Assembly (NCBI GenBank): GCA_965214655.1
Contig: OZ243965.1
Location: 2,916,048-2,980,047, forward strand
Reading direction: 5' to 3'
Source of the DNA: Bryobacterales bacterium
GTDB taxonomy: Bacteria; Acidobacteriota; Terriglobia; Bryobacterales; UBA6623
DNA: 64,000 nucleotides
Positions 49,601 to 58,746 of the stretch are shown here, piece by piece. Both the position numbers and the translations under genes were made by a program. The first letter of the stretch is position 1. The number at the start of each line of letters is the position of its first letter. The notes under the pieces were generated by a model that was given only the letters and a program-made list of their open reading frames with translations, was not told where the DNA came from and made no database searches.

Positions 49601-49799
49601 CGTTGGGGTACGAAGCCCACACGAAAAGCACCGGCGCGTCCAATCGCGGGATCAGGAGCAGGGGAATCTTGGCCAGGGAGATCACTCCCATCAGCACGAT
49701 GGTCACGAAGATCATGCAGATCGTGACGGGCCTGCGGATGGAGAAAGCCGCCAGCTTGCGGCCGCCGGCATCGGCGCTTTGGTTGACCGGAGCGCTCAA
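46627..49799 (-). pseudogene. RND efflux pump (AcrB/MdtC-like) interrupted by a single-base frameshift near 49019-49021
   Basis: The N-terminal 263 aa (track ORF 49008-49799: FSIRRPVTICMIFVTIVLMGVISL...SLEDLRDFPVNSRDSS*) and the remainder (46627 to ~49030: ..LVLSDVADIRYDERDRDYGRLLNGEFAVGFWVQ...) lie in adjacent frames. One extra C in the run at 49019-49021 would give ..FPVNSRGLVLSDVADI.., the expected contiguous RND sequence. The first ~200 aa of track ORF 46627-49620 are Arg/Pro-rich shadow. This could instead be an assembly error. Confidence 0.7.
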
Positions 49800-49811
49800 T
49801 GAATCCTCCTG

Positions 49812-52800
49812 CTAATCGCCGTCGGAGACGGCGCCTTCGAGGCGTCCGTCGAATGTTTCGACCGCGGCCGGCAATGCCGCGCGGTCGGCCGGAACGACCG
49901 CGCGGCGGTCGAAAACGTCGTAAACGACAGGGATCAGGATCAAAGTCAACAACGTGGAGAACGTGAGCCCGCCCATGACGGCGATGGCCATCGGCGCCCG
50001 CACTTCATCGCCTTCGCCCCATCCCAGCGCCATCGGGGCCAACCCGAGCACCGTTGTCAGCGTCGTCATCAGAATCGGCCGCAAGCGGGTCTGCGCCGCT
50101 TCGATCAACGCCTCGCGCTTGCTGCGGCCGGCGCGCCTGAGTTGATTCGTGTAGTCGATCAGAACGATAGCGTTGTTCACGACGATTCCGGCCAGGACGA
50201 TGACGCCCAGCAGAACCACCACGCTCACCGCAGTGCCCGTCAGCGCCAGCATGAACACCACGCCGACCAGCGCCAGGGGCAGCGTGAAAAGAATGATGAA
50301 CGGATGAATCAACGATTCGAACTGAGAGGCCATCACCAGATACACCAAAAATATCGCCAGGCCGAGAGCGAACATCAAGCTGTTGTAGGATGCTTCGAAT
50401 TCTTCGTTTTGGCCGCCCAGGGCGACGGTCGTGTTCAGCGGCAGGCGGTCGGCGATCTCGGCGAGTGCGGCGCGGATTTCCGCGGACACGCCCGTCAGGT
50501 CGCGGCCGGCGATGCTCGCGCTGACGACTGCGGCCCGCTGCGATCGAATGCGGCGGATTTCGCTGGGGCCGCGCGCGATCGAAACGTCGGCCACCTGCCT
50601 CAAGCGGATCGGCACGAATGCTTCGCGGGCGCCGTTGCCGGCCGCGGGATTCCCGCCGCCCGCCGCTTGCTCCCCATTGTTTCTTGCCGCGCCGTTCTGC
50701 GCGCCGGCGCCGGAAGGGCTGTCCACGATCAAATCGCGAAGGTCCGAAACCGCGTCGCGGTCTTGTTCGCCCGCTCGAACGACGATGTCGATCTGCCTGT
50801 CTCCCTGACGGTAGCGGGAAGCCAAATCGCCGCGGATCTTGTTGCGCAGCAGTGCGGCGACTTGACTTTCCTCGAGGCCGAGCCGGCTCATGCGGAAGCG
50901 GTCGAAGCGGATTTGAACCTCGGGGCTGCCCAAGCGGGTCGAAGTTTGAATATCGTAAAGTCCTTCGATGCGCTCCAGCCTTTCGGCTACCAGATTCGCA
51001 GCCGCGCGCTGGTCTTCCACCTCGTAGGTAAAGATCTCTACTTCCACCGGCGTCTTGAAGCTGAACAGCGTCGGACGGCTGAACCGATGGCTCACTTCGG
51101 GGAATCCGGCCAGTTGCTCGCGAATGCCTCGGATCGTCCGGGCTTCCAACTCCTGGGACCCGCTCGAGCCCGAGACGAAATCCACGAAGCGCCTGAAGTA
51201 GCGCTCTGCTTTCCCCAGCGGGTCAAGACCCTCGAGACGCGCGGAGGGCTTTTCCATGACCACGTGCAGAGTGCCGATATTCTCTTCCAGCGTCCCCGAC
51301 GCGAACTGATTTTTCTGACTGCCGCCGACGCTCGAGAATACTTCCGCTACGCCGGGGTAGCGCCGGACGCTTTCTTCCAGTTCGAGCAAGACGGCGTCGG
51401 TTGCTTCGAGCGGCTTGCCCTCCGGCAGGCGGACTTCGAAGGAAAACTCCCCTTGGGTAAGCGGCGGAATCAACTCGCCTCCCAGGAAGCCGGAGGCGCC
51501 CGCCGCCAACGCGACCGCCGCGGCGACCGTTGCCGAAACCGCTGTTTTGTGGTTCAGCGACTTCTCCAGCCAATGGGGATAGGCTGCGGACAACCGCTCG
51601 AACGTTCGGTCGAACCAGTTCAGGAAGGGTCCCAGGATGCGGGCGGCGGCCCGTCCGCAAAAACGCAGGCAGCGGCGGATATCGCGCAAGACGATTCGCG
51701 GAGTCGCCAGCAACCCGAAACGAACCCCGCGGGCGAGCGATCCCCGCAGGCCGGACTGCGGGGCTGCGCTTATCTGTTGCCGTTCCGTATCGAACAACTC
51801 CTGTGTCTTGATCTCGAAGGCCAGCAACATCGGAATGAAGGTCAGCGCCACGGCCAGCGAAGCCAACAGGGAATAGGTGATGGTCAACGCCTGGTCGGTG
51901 AAGAGTTGCCCGGCAATGCCCTCGACAAAGACCAGCGGCAGAAAAACGGCCACCGTCGTCAGCGTCGAAGCGGTCACCGCCATGCCCACCTCGCGCGTCC
52001 CCCGATAGACCGTTTCGGCGAGACCTGCGCCCGGTTTGCGATGGCGGTACACGGACTCGAGCACGACGATCGAGTTGTCCACCAGCATCCCCACTCCAAG
52101 CGCAACGCCGCCGAGGGACATGATGTTCAAGCTGATGCCCGTCTGGTACATCAGCGCAAACGTCGCCATGATCGAAATCGGGATGGCCGCTCCGATAATC
52201 AGCGTGCTGCGCAGGTGGCGCAAGAATACGAAAAGCACGAATGTGGCGAGTATTCCGCCGAACAGGGCCGCTTGCAAAACGTTGCCGATGCTCTGGGAGA
52301 TGAAGTCCGCCTGATCGAACACCACCGCCGTTTCGACCGCTTTCGGGAATGTGCTCTCCTTGCGAATCCGATCGAGCCGCTCGCGGACGGCCTCGGCGAC
52401 GGCGACGGTGTTGGCGTCGCCTTCTTTATAGACCGCCATCTCGACGCTTTCGTTGCCGCCATAGCGGGCGATGATGTCGCGGTCTTTCGAGCCGCGCCAC
52501 ACGCGGGCGACGTCCTGGAGCAAGATCTGCCGCCCGCCGGTATCCTGCACGACAATCCGGCGAATGTCCTCTACCGTCCGGAATTCGTTGAGCATGCGGA
52601 CGTTGTAATTGGCTTCGAGATCGTAAAGGCTGCCGCCGGCCTGGTTCAGATTTTCGTCCTGGAGAATGGACGTGACCGTCGTAATGGGAATGCCCAACTC
52701 GGCCAGCCGTTTCTCGTCGACCTCGATGCGGATCTGCTCTTCGCGCCCGCCGGTCACCTTGACCGCAGCCACGCCGTCGAGCGCCTCGATGCGTTTTTTG

Positions 52801-53273
52801 AGGTCGCGCTCGGCGATGTCCCGCAACCGGGCCAGACTCAACTTGCCGTGAACCTGAATGCGCTGGATCGGGTCGTTCGAAGGGTCGAAGCGCAGGATGA
52901 CCGGTTTCTCGACGTCCCGCGGCAACTCCACGAAGTCGATCTTTTCGCGCACCTCCATGCCCGCAAGGTCCATGTCGGTATCCCAGACGAACTCCAGAAC
53001 GATCTCCGATTGTCCGGGCCGCGAGGTGGAGCTGATGCGGTTCAGGCCCGAAACGACCGCGACCGTCTCTTCCAACGGCCGCGTAATCAATGTCTCGATC
53101 TCCTCCGGCGCCGCGTCCTCGTAATCGGTTTGGACCGTAATCGACGGATAGGAGATATCCGGCAGCAGATTCACCGTCAAGCGGTCGAGCGAGACGGCTC
53201 CGAACAACAGGACCGCCACGACGACCATGAACACGCTTACGGGCCGGTTGATGGCGGTGCGGACGGTGTTCAT
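49812..53273 (-). CDS. RND efflux pump (AcrB/MdtB-like), enlarged (1153 aa)
   Basis: MNTVRTAINRPVSVFMVVVAVLLFGAVSL.., 12-TM architecture, GVGMLVDNSIVVLES and VLAGIVVNNAIVLIDY are conserved TM4/TM10 regions. Extra segments include a G/A/N-rich stretch. Confidence 0.93.
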   Translation of the reverse strand: MNTVRTAINRPVSVFMVVVAVLLFGAVSLDRLTVNLLPDISYPSITVQTDYEDAAPEEIETLITRPLEETVAVVSGLNRISSTSRPGQSEIVLEFVWDTDMDLAGMEVREKIDFVELPRDVEKPVILRFDPSNDPIQRIQVHGKLSLARLRDIAERDLKKRIEALDGVAAVKVTGGREEQIRIEVDEKRLAELGIPITTVTSILQDENLNQAGGSLYDLEANYNVRMLNEFRTVEDIRRIVVQDTGGRQILLQDVARVWRGSKDRDIIARYGGNESVEMAVYKEGDANTVAVAEAVRERLDRIRKESTFPKAVETAVVFDQADFISQSIGNVLQAALFGGILATFVLFVFLRHLRSTLIIGAAIPISIMATFALMYQTGISLNIMSLGGVALGVGMLVDNSIVVLESVYRHRKPGAGLAETVYRGTREVGMAVTASTLTTVAVFLPLVFVEGIAGQLFTDQALTITYSLLASLAVALTFIPMLLAFEIKTQELFDTERQQISAAPQSGLRGSLARGVRFGLLATPRIVLRDIRRCLRFCGRAAARILGPFLNWFDRTFERLSAAYPHWLEKSLNHKTAVSATVAAAVALAAGASGFLGGELIPPLTQGEFSFEVRLPEGKPLEATDAVLLELEESVRRYPGVAEVFSSVGGSQKNQFASGTLEENIGTLHVVMEKPSARLEGLDPLGKAERYFRRFVDFVSGSSGSQELEARTIRGIREQLAGFPEVSHRFSRPTLFSFKTPVEVEIFTYEVEDQRAAANLVAERLERIEGLYDIQTSTRLGSPEVQIRFDRFRMSRLGLEESQVAALLRNKIRGDLASRYRQGDRQIDIVVRAGEQDRDAVSDLRDLIVDSPSGAGAQNGAARNNGEQAAGGGNPAAGNGAREAFVPIRLRQVADVSIARGPSEIRRIRSQRAAVVSASIAGRDLTGVSAEIRAALAEIADRLPLNTTVALGGQNEEFEASYNSLMFALGLAIFLVYLVMASQFESLIHPFIILFTLPLALVGVVFMLALTGTAVSVVVLLGVIVLAGIVVNNAIVLIDYTNQLRRAGRSKREALIEAAQTRLRPILMTTLTTVLGLAPMALGWGEGDEVRAPMAIAVMGGLTFSTLLTLILIPVVYDVFDRRAVVPADRAALPAAVETFDGRLEGAVSDGD

Positions 53274-53285
53274 TCGGGTTGGCTC

Positions 53286-54503
53286 CTAGCCCTCGATCGC
53301 GCGGGTCTTGTCGCCGTCCTTGAGGTTGCCCTGGCCCGCGGTCACGACGCGGTCGCCGGCATCGACGCCGGCGAGGACTTCATAAGCCGTGTCGTCCTGA
53401 TAACCCAACTCGACGGCGCGCCGCTCGGCTGTGTTGCCGTTTTCGACGAACACAAAAGTCCCGCCGTCTTCTTCGACCACCGCTTGCTTGGGAATCAACA
53501 CGACGTCGCTGTGGGTATCCGTCTCGATCTGCACCATGACGAATGCGCCCGGGCGGAATTGCGAACCCGACGGACGCAACTCGGTGGTCACCTTGACGGT
53601 GCCGGTCGCGTCGTCGACGACGGGGCTGACGCGCACAACGCGGCCGGCGACCTCTTCGCCGTCCGCCGCGCCCAGCCGAATGACGGCCTTTTGATTGGGC
53701 CGCACCCGCTGCGAGTCCTGCTCGGCCAAATGAACATCGGCGAACAGAGGCGTAAACACCCCGATTTCGAACAGCTTGTCGGAGTTGCGCACCGTTTGGC
53801 CCAACTCGACGGTTCGTTCCGTCACGCGGCACGAAAAGGGCGCGACGATTCGCGTGCGCGAGATCATCAGCTTGACCTTGCGTATCTCGGACTCCAGTTC
53901 CTCGATACGATGTTTCTGTTCCCGAACCGTCGCCTCTTCGACTCGACGGTCGTGCAGCAACTCGTCGAGTCGATGCCGCATGGCGATGACCTCGGTATCG
54001 CTCACGAGGCCCTCGGCGAGCGCTTCTTCGTTCCGTTCGAGCTCGGCGCGCTGATTCCTGATCTGCGTTTGCGCTTTTTCGAGGCGGATTTCGGCCGATT
54101 CGCGTTGAGCCTTCGTCTGCGCCAAGCGCTGCTGCGCAAGCGCCAGATCGATCTGCAAGTCGCGGTCGTCAAGGCTTGCGAGCAGATGTCCCTCCTGGAC
54201 GAAGTCGCCTTCTTCCGCGGCCACCGAGCGGACAACGCCGTCCGCCTGGCTGGCGATCTCGACCTCGCGCATGGCCCGCAGATTTGCCGTCGAGACCAGC
54301 AAGTCGGAGATCGCGCCGCGCACCGCCTCTTGAATCGCGACCGGAATCGCAGCGTCGTCCGCGCTCTCTTCCCCGTTTTTGGTTTTCGCTTGGGCAGACG
54401 CGGCTTCCGGGCCGTAATTCCGCCAACCGTAATATCCGCCGGCGCCCAGAACGGCCAAAACCAGCAGGAACAGATATGCTTTGGCGCGATCGCTCATTCG
54501 CAT
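53286..54503 (-). CDS. RND efflux periplasmic adaptor (MFP/HlyD family)
   Basis: Trimmed to the ATG at 54503 (alternative at 54497): MRMSDRAKAYLFLLVLAVLGAG anchor, barrel-sandwich, alpha-hairpin (54000-54200), ..IVAPFSCRV.., C-terminal beta-barrel. It lies directly upstream of the two RND genes. Confidence 0.88.
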   Translation of the reverse strand: MRMSDRAKAYLFLLVLAVLGAGGYYGWRNYGPEAASAQAKTKNGEESADDAAIPVAIQEAVRGAISDLLVSTANLRAMREVEIASQADGVVRSVAAEEGDFVQEGHLLASLDDRDLQIDLALAQQRLAQTKAQRESAEIRLEKAQTQIRNQRAELERNEEALAEGLVSDTEVIAMRHRLDELLHDRRVEEATVREQKHRIEELESEIRKVKLMISRTRIVAPFSCRVTERTVELGQTVRNSDKLFEIGVFTPLFADVHLAEQDSQRVRPNQKAVIRLGAADGEEVAGRVVRVSPVVDDATGTVKVTTELRPSGSQFRPGAFVMVQIETDTHSDVVLIPKQAVVEEDGGTFVFVENGNTAERRAVELGYQDDTAYEVLAGVDAGDRVVTAGQGNLKDGDKTRAIEG

Positions 54504-54702
54504 GCTTCTCCCTTTGCCCGGGCGCGCGCTTCGCGGCGCCTGACTTAAACTACGTAAAAAAACCGCTGCTTGTTCCCCGCAAAATGGCCGGGACGCCAAT
54601 ATCGACGCTTCCTACTCTCAGTTTGACGCAACCGCGCCCGATTTGTGTTTCAAGAGATTTTCAGGGAAGCGGCAGCGCGGCAAGAGCGCCGAGCGGACGG
54701 CT

Positions 54703-55395
54703 CTAAACGGCCAACAGACTGCGAAAAGGCTCTCTCCGCGAGACCGCGGTCAAATCCGGGTCTTTGCGCGCCAGTATCCGATTCTGCGGGTCGATCCGAA
54801 TCGACTTCCTCAGCGCTTCGAAAGCTCCGTGCGCGTCGCCTGTCAATACCTTCAAAACCGAGAGCGCGTAAAGGACGTGCGCGGCGTTGCGGTCTATCCT
54901 CAGGGCCTTCTTCAAATACGTTTCGGCCTCCTTGAGCCGCCCGTCGTTGATGAGTTGCACCGCGTAGTTGTAAAACTCTTCGACTGTCTTCAGGCGGGGT
55001 CTCGCGCGCGCGGATTGCTCTTCGCAGATGCGCAAATAAACGCCCGCACGATGACTCAAGCCCACGTTGGGGCCGTCCACAACCCTCTCGAACCGTATCC
55101 GAGCCAGACCGAACTTGCGGTTCTGGAAAAGTTGAACCGCCTTGCCGAACTGCGCCTCCTGTCTTTCTTCGGCCTCGCGCGCGGCGCTTATTTCTACTCC
55201 GGGGGCCGCGGACGCCGCTGCGTTTCCCGCTCCTGCCGCGGCTTTCTTCGCTCTTTTGCCGGCGGCCTTCGCGGCAATCTTCCGCGATCGTTTCCGGGCC
55301 GGCGCCGTCCCCGCTTCCGCGGTCGTTTGCGCGGCCTGCCGCAGGGCCTGTTCGGCTGTCGCGGGAACGGCTTTTTCGTCCGCTTTCTTCTGCAC
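54703..55395 (-). CDS. hypothetical protein: Lys/Ala-rich basic N-terminus plus TPR-like C-terminal half
   Basis: GTG start, 230 aa. The N-terminus ARKRSRKIAAKAAGKRAKKAAAGAG is histone-H1/AlgP-like low complexity. The C-terminal half has TPR-like units (YNYAVQLINDGRLKEAETYLKKALRIDRNAAHVLYALSVLKVLTGDAHGAFEALRKSIRIDP). Confidence 0.6.
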   Translation of the reverse strand: MQKKADEKAVPATAEQALRQAAQTTAEAGTAPARKRSRKIAAKAAGKRAKKAAAGAGNAAASAAPGVEISAAREAEERQEAQFGKAVQLFQNRKFGLARIRFERVVDGPNVGLSHRAGVYLRICEEQSARARPRLKTVEEFYNYAVQLINDGRLKEAETYLKKALRIDRNAAHVLYALSVLKVLTGDAHGAFEALRKSIRIDPQNRILARKDPDLTAVSRREPFRSLLAV

Positions 55396-55732
55396 GGGGA
55401 GGCTAGCCTCTCTTCGCCATATCTGCGGGCCGCCGAATGCGGCGACCGCTCGAGACCGACGGCCGATCCGCGCCGCTCGAGCGCCGCCGGGAGCGACGGA
55501 CTGCTTTATAGCAGATTTGGATGAAGCCGGGCAACCAGCCGCTCGGCTGCACGGACATTCGCATTGCTGCGGCGCGGGGCTTGAATTGCGGCGGCTCGCT
55601 GTTTCGAGCGGTCGCGGAAGCCCGGCGTCCGCGCGCCGCTGGCGAGCCGCGCATCGCTTACGATAGAAAGCCGCCGTTTGCGTTCGCGCTTGCCGCGGCG
55701 GCCGGCGGCGTTTTCCGGGGAGTGCAGGGTAA

Positions 55733-56521
55733 GTGCCGGAATTGATTCTCGACCCGGCCGGGGCATTGTTCCAGCGGATCGCCCGCGCTGTCGGCGAGCA
55801 GCGGGTTCTTTTTTTCGCCGGGCTTCCCGGCTCGGGGAAAAGTCTCCTGCTGCAGCAGGCGGTTCTGTTGGCGGGCCGCGCCGGGCGCTTCGTTCACCTC
55901 CTGCAATGGGACGTCACCCGCGCGGCTTTCGAGACCAAGGAGAATCTGAGGCGCTATCCGCAGGTCGGCGGAGTCACGCACATTGCCGTTCGGCGCGCCG
56001 TCGGCCGCTGGGTCCGCCAAGGGGTTGCCGCATGGCACGCGGCGGCGCCTCCGCGCGGCCTGCTGATCGGCGAGGCGCCTGTCCTGGGCAATCGGCTGGT
56101 CGAGCTGGTCGCGCCCGCGCCGGACGCGGTCGAGCCTTTGTTATCGGGCGGGCAAGCGTTGTTTCTAATCCCGGTTCCCTCGCCGGATGTCCGCCGGGCC
56201 ATCGAAGAGGCGCGCGCGAAAACCGCGCGGCGGCCGGCGCACGAACGTGAGAAAGCGGACGCGCCCCCCGATGTTCTGCGGCGCCTTTACCGCGAAGCGC
56301 AGCTTGAAGCCGGCCGGCGCGGAATCGCCGTCCCGGCCGGCGGCGGCTACAACCCGGATGTCTACGCGCAGGTATTTCAGTCCTTGTTGAAAGAGCGCAA
56401 CCACGAGGTGTTGGCGGTCGATGAAGTGCTTCCCGTTACGGGCTCGGTTTACGATCTGGATTCGATTGCCGGCGAATTGGCCGCGGACGCCGCGGCGGCG
56501 GCGCGGTTCTTGCCGGATTAG
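55733..56521 (+). CDS. uncharacterised P-loop NTPase
   Basis: GTG start, 262 aa. Walker A FFAGLPGSGKSLL near the N-terminus and a possible Walker B LLIGEAP. No closer family recognised. Confidence 0.6.
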   Translation: MPELILDPAGALFQRIARAVGEQRVLFFAGLPGSGKSLLLQQAVLLAGRAGRFVHLLQWDVTRAAFETKENLRRYPQVGGVTHIAVRRAVGRWVRQGVAAWHAAAPPRGLLIGEAPVLGNRLVELVAPAPDAVEPLLSGGQALFLIPVPSPDVRRAIEEARAKTARRPAHEREKADAPPDVLRRLYREAQLEAGRRGIAVPAGGGYNPDVYAQVFQSLLKERNHEVLAVDEVLPVTGSVYDLDSIAGELAADAAAAARFLPD

Positions 56522-56958
56522 TTGGGGCGCGCCGCGGGCCCGGAGCTTCGAAACTCGTCGCCGATGCGGCGGCGTCCGGCGAATCCGTCGTTGATGCGGT
56601 GCCACCATTCGATCTTCGGCTCGCCCAGCTTCCAGCACAGATAGATCTCGTCTCCGCCGAGCAGGGCGGGGAAGTCGAGCAGGCCGATATCGAGGTCTTT
56701 GACCACGCAGCCGGTGCTCTGAATTTCCTCGATGGCGCCCTCGATCGATTTCACCAGAGAAGCGCGCTCGGACTTGCGGCGCGCGGCGCGGACGAGGTTG
56801 ATCTCGCTGCCGCCGGCCATGCTGATCCGCGCCGAGATCTCTTGAAACTCGGCGTCGATCGCCGCCAACTCGGCCTTTGAATTGATGGCCGACTCCAATC
56901 GGGAGCGCACCGCCGGCAGCAACTCTTCGGCTTCGCTCAACGTGAAATAGCGAGGCAT
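56518..56958 (-). CDS. DUF2203 domain-containing protein
   Basis: 146 aa. MPRYFTLSEAEELLPAVRSRLE.. and ..GCVVKDLDIGLLDFPALLGGDEIYLCWKLGEPKIEWWH are characteristic of DUF2203. Confidence 0.8.
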   Translation of the reverse strand: MPRYFTLSEAEELLPAVRSRLESAINSKAELAAIDAEFQEISARISMAGGSEINLVRAARRKSERASLVKSIEGAIEEIQSTGCVVKDLDIGLLDFPALLGGDEIYLCWKLGEPKIEWWHRINDGFAGRRRIGDEFRSSGPAARPN

Positions 56959-57059
56959 GAAATCAAGTCGGCCGGCCGCGCTCGAAACCGCTTTCGACGC
57001 ATATGCTACCCCTACTATAGCAGTGTGTTTTGGGGACGAACCGAGAACGGGAATCGGCG

Positions 57060-57815
57060 ATGTTGGATGAAGCGTTCCGGCTGATTCACACGGGGATTCC
57101 CCGGGAAGCTCCGGGCAGCGACGCGAGCACGCGGCGGGCGCTGGAGCTTTTGCCGGATTTGCCGCCGGCGCCCCGCGTGCTCGATTTGGGCTGCGGGCCG
57201 GGCAGGCAGACGCTGGCCCTCGCCGCCGCGCTGGAAGGTTCGCGCATAACTGCGGTGGACATCCATCGGCCTTATCTCGATCGCTTGCAGCGGGCGGCTG
57301 CCGCTCTGGGATGGGACGACCGCATCGCAGTCGAAAAGGCTTCGATGGACAAGCTGAGCTTTGCGCCGGGTTCCGCGGATCTGATATGGGCCGAAGGGTC
57401 GGCCTATTGCATTGGCGTGGAAGCCGCGCTGGAGCTCTGGCGCCCGCTGCTTGCGCAGGGCGGGCTGCTGGGGTTTACCGAGTTGACTTGGCTCGCGGAC
57501 GAGCGGCCTCCGCAGGCTGCGGCGTTCTGGGCGGAAGCCTACCCCGCGATGACCGATCTCGCGGGCAATACGGCTCGTTTGACCGCCGCGGGCTATGCCG
57601 CGTTGCATGCGTTCGCGCTGCCCCCGAGCGACTGGTGGGACGAGTATTTCACGCCCCTGCTCGAGCGCGTCGCATTCCTGCGGGCGAACGCGCCCCGGCA
57701 TGTCGATCTTGCTCCGGCGATCGCCGCAACCGAGCGGGAAGTCGAGCTGTACCGCCGGTACGGCGGGTCCTTCGGTTATGTGTTTTACTTGGCGCGCCGC
57801 GCCGCAGCCGGCTGA
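57060..57815 (+). CDS. class I SAM-dependent methyltransferase
   Basis: ATG at 57060; the track ORF starts at a TTG at 57030. RVLDLGCGPGRQTLALA (motif I), ITAVDI.., DLIWAEGSAY. Confidence 0.82.
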   Translation: MLDEAFRLIHTGIPREAPGSDASTRRALELLPDLPPAPRVLDLGCGPGRQTLALAAALEGSRITAVDIHRPYLDRLQRAAAALGWDDRIAVEKASMDKLSFAPGSADLIWAEGSAYCIGVEAALELWRPLLAQGGLLGFTELTWLADERPPQAAAFWAEAYPAMTDLAGNTARLTAAGYAALHAFALPPSDWWDEYFTPLLERVAFLRANAPRHVDLAPAIAATEREVELYRRYGGSFGYVFYLARRAAAG

Positions 57816-57829
57816 CCGGGCGGCGGCCT

Positions 57830-58546
57830 TCAATCGAGGGGGCTCGGGCCTTCCAGCGCGGCCTGCATGGTTTGCCGCACGCGCGCGATCAGCTCTTGCC
57901 GGTCGTCCTCGCGCAGGTCTTTGGTTTCTATCGGCGGGTGGAAGACAAGCGCCATGCGGCCGGGCCGGACCGCGAGTTTTCCCTTGGGCATGAGCTTTTC
58001 GGCGCCGTGAACGGTCACCGGCACGACCGGAACGCCGGCTTCTATGGCCATGGAGAACGGTCCGGGCCGGAAGGGCAGCAGGCGTCCGTCGGGACTGCGC
58101 GTGCCTTCCGGGAAGACCATGAGGCCGATGCCTGTGCGCAGAGTCCTGACGCCTTCCGCCATAGCGTGCTTGCGCGAATCGCGGGCTTTGCGATCGACAT
58201 AGATGAAGCCTCCAAGCCCCATCACGTAACCGAGCAGCGGGATGCGCGAAAGCTCTTTTTTGAGAATGACGGCGATGCGCGGCAAAACCGCGAACAACGC
58301 GGGCGGCTCCACGTTGCTGACGTGGTTGGCTACGAACAGCGACGTAGGGCGCCGGAAGGCATGCTCGAGGTTCACGACCCGCAGGCGGACTCCGGCGAGC
58401 CGCAGCCCGAGCAGACATCCTTGCCGGGCAACCCAATAGATCGGACGGATATTGCCCGTCGCCCAGGTCAGCGGGACGAACACAAGCGTTGCCGCGGCAA
58501 CGTAAATCGTCAGGAAAGGGAAGGCCAGGTAGTACGAGCGCCACAT
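57830..58546 (-). CDS. plsC: 1-acyl-sn-glycerol-3-phosphate acyltransferase
   Basis: Trimmed to the ATG at 58546 (MWRSYYLAFPFLTIYVAAATLVF TM). Acyltransferase blocks FVANHVSNVE (H-x4-D/E), ..FIYVDR.. and VFPEGTRS. Confidence 0.85.
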   Translation of the reverse strand: MWRSYYLAFPFLTIYVAAATLVFVPLTWATGNIRPIYWVARQGCLLGLRLAGVRLRVVNLEHAFRRPTSLFVANHVSNVEPPALFAVLPRIAVILKKELSRIPLLGYVMGLGGFIYVDRKARDSRKHAMAEGVRTLRTGIGLMVFPEGTRSPDGRLLPFRPGPFSMAIEAGVPVVPVTVHGAEKLMPKGKLAVRPGRMALVFHPPIETKDLREDDRQELIARVRQTMQAALEGPSPLD

Positions 58547-58746
58547 CGGCTCGAACCATTTTGCGGTTCCGGCCCCATGCGCCGCAACCCGCCGCCGCGC
58601 CGCGGGCGATCTCCAGACGCCTGGAAACGCAGCGCGGGGAGAGCGGCCGGGAATTCGCAACTCATTGGGAGCGCTAACTTTAATTGCAAATGGTATGCTG
58701 ATTGCCAAGTGCGCGCGAGCCGTCAGGCAAGCGGCGCCAAGCGCCC

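Noticed and set aside
46627-49799. Programmed ribosomal frameshifting as the explanation for the split RND gene.
   Set aside because: No recognisable slippery heptamer or stimulatory structure was seen at the junction. A homopolymer indel (mutation or sequencing error) is the simpler explanation. It is kept only as a remote possibility in the finding.
54575-54598. A sigma-54-type promoter candidate upstream of the RND operon (minus strand TGGCGTCCCGGCCATTTTGCG), considered because rpoN is in the window.
   Set aside because: The spacing between the GG and GC elements is about 5 nt too long relative to the TGGCAC-N5-TTGC consensus, so it is not supportable.
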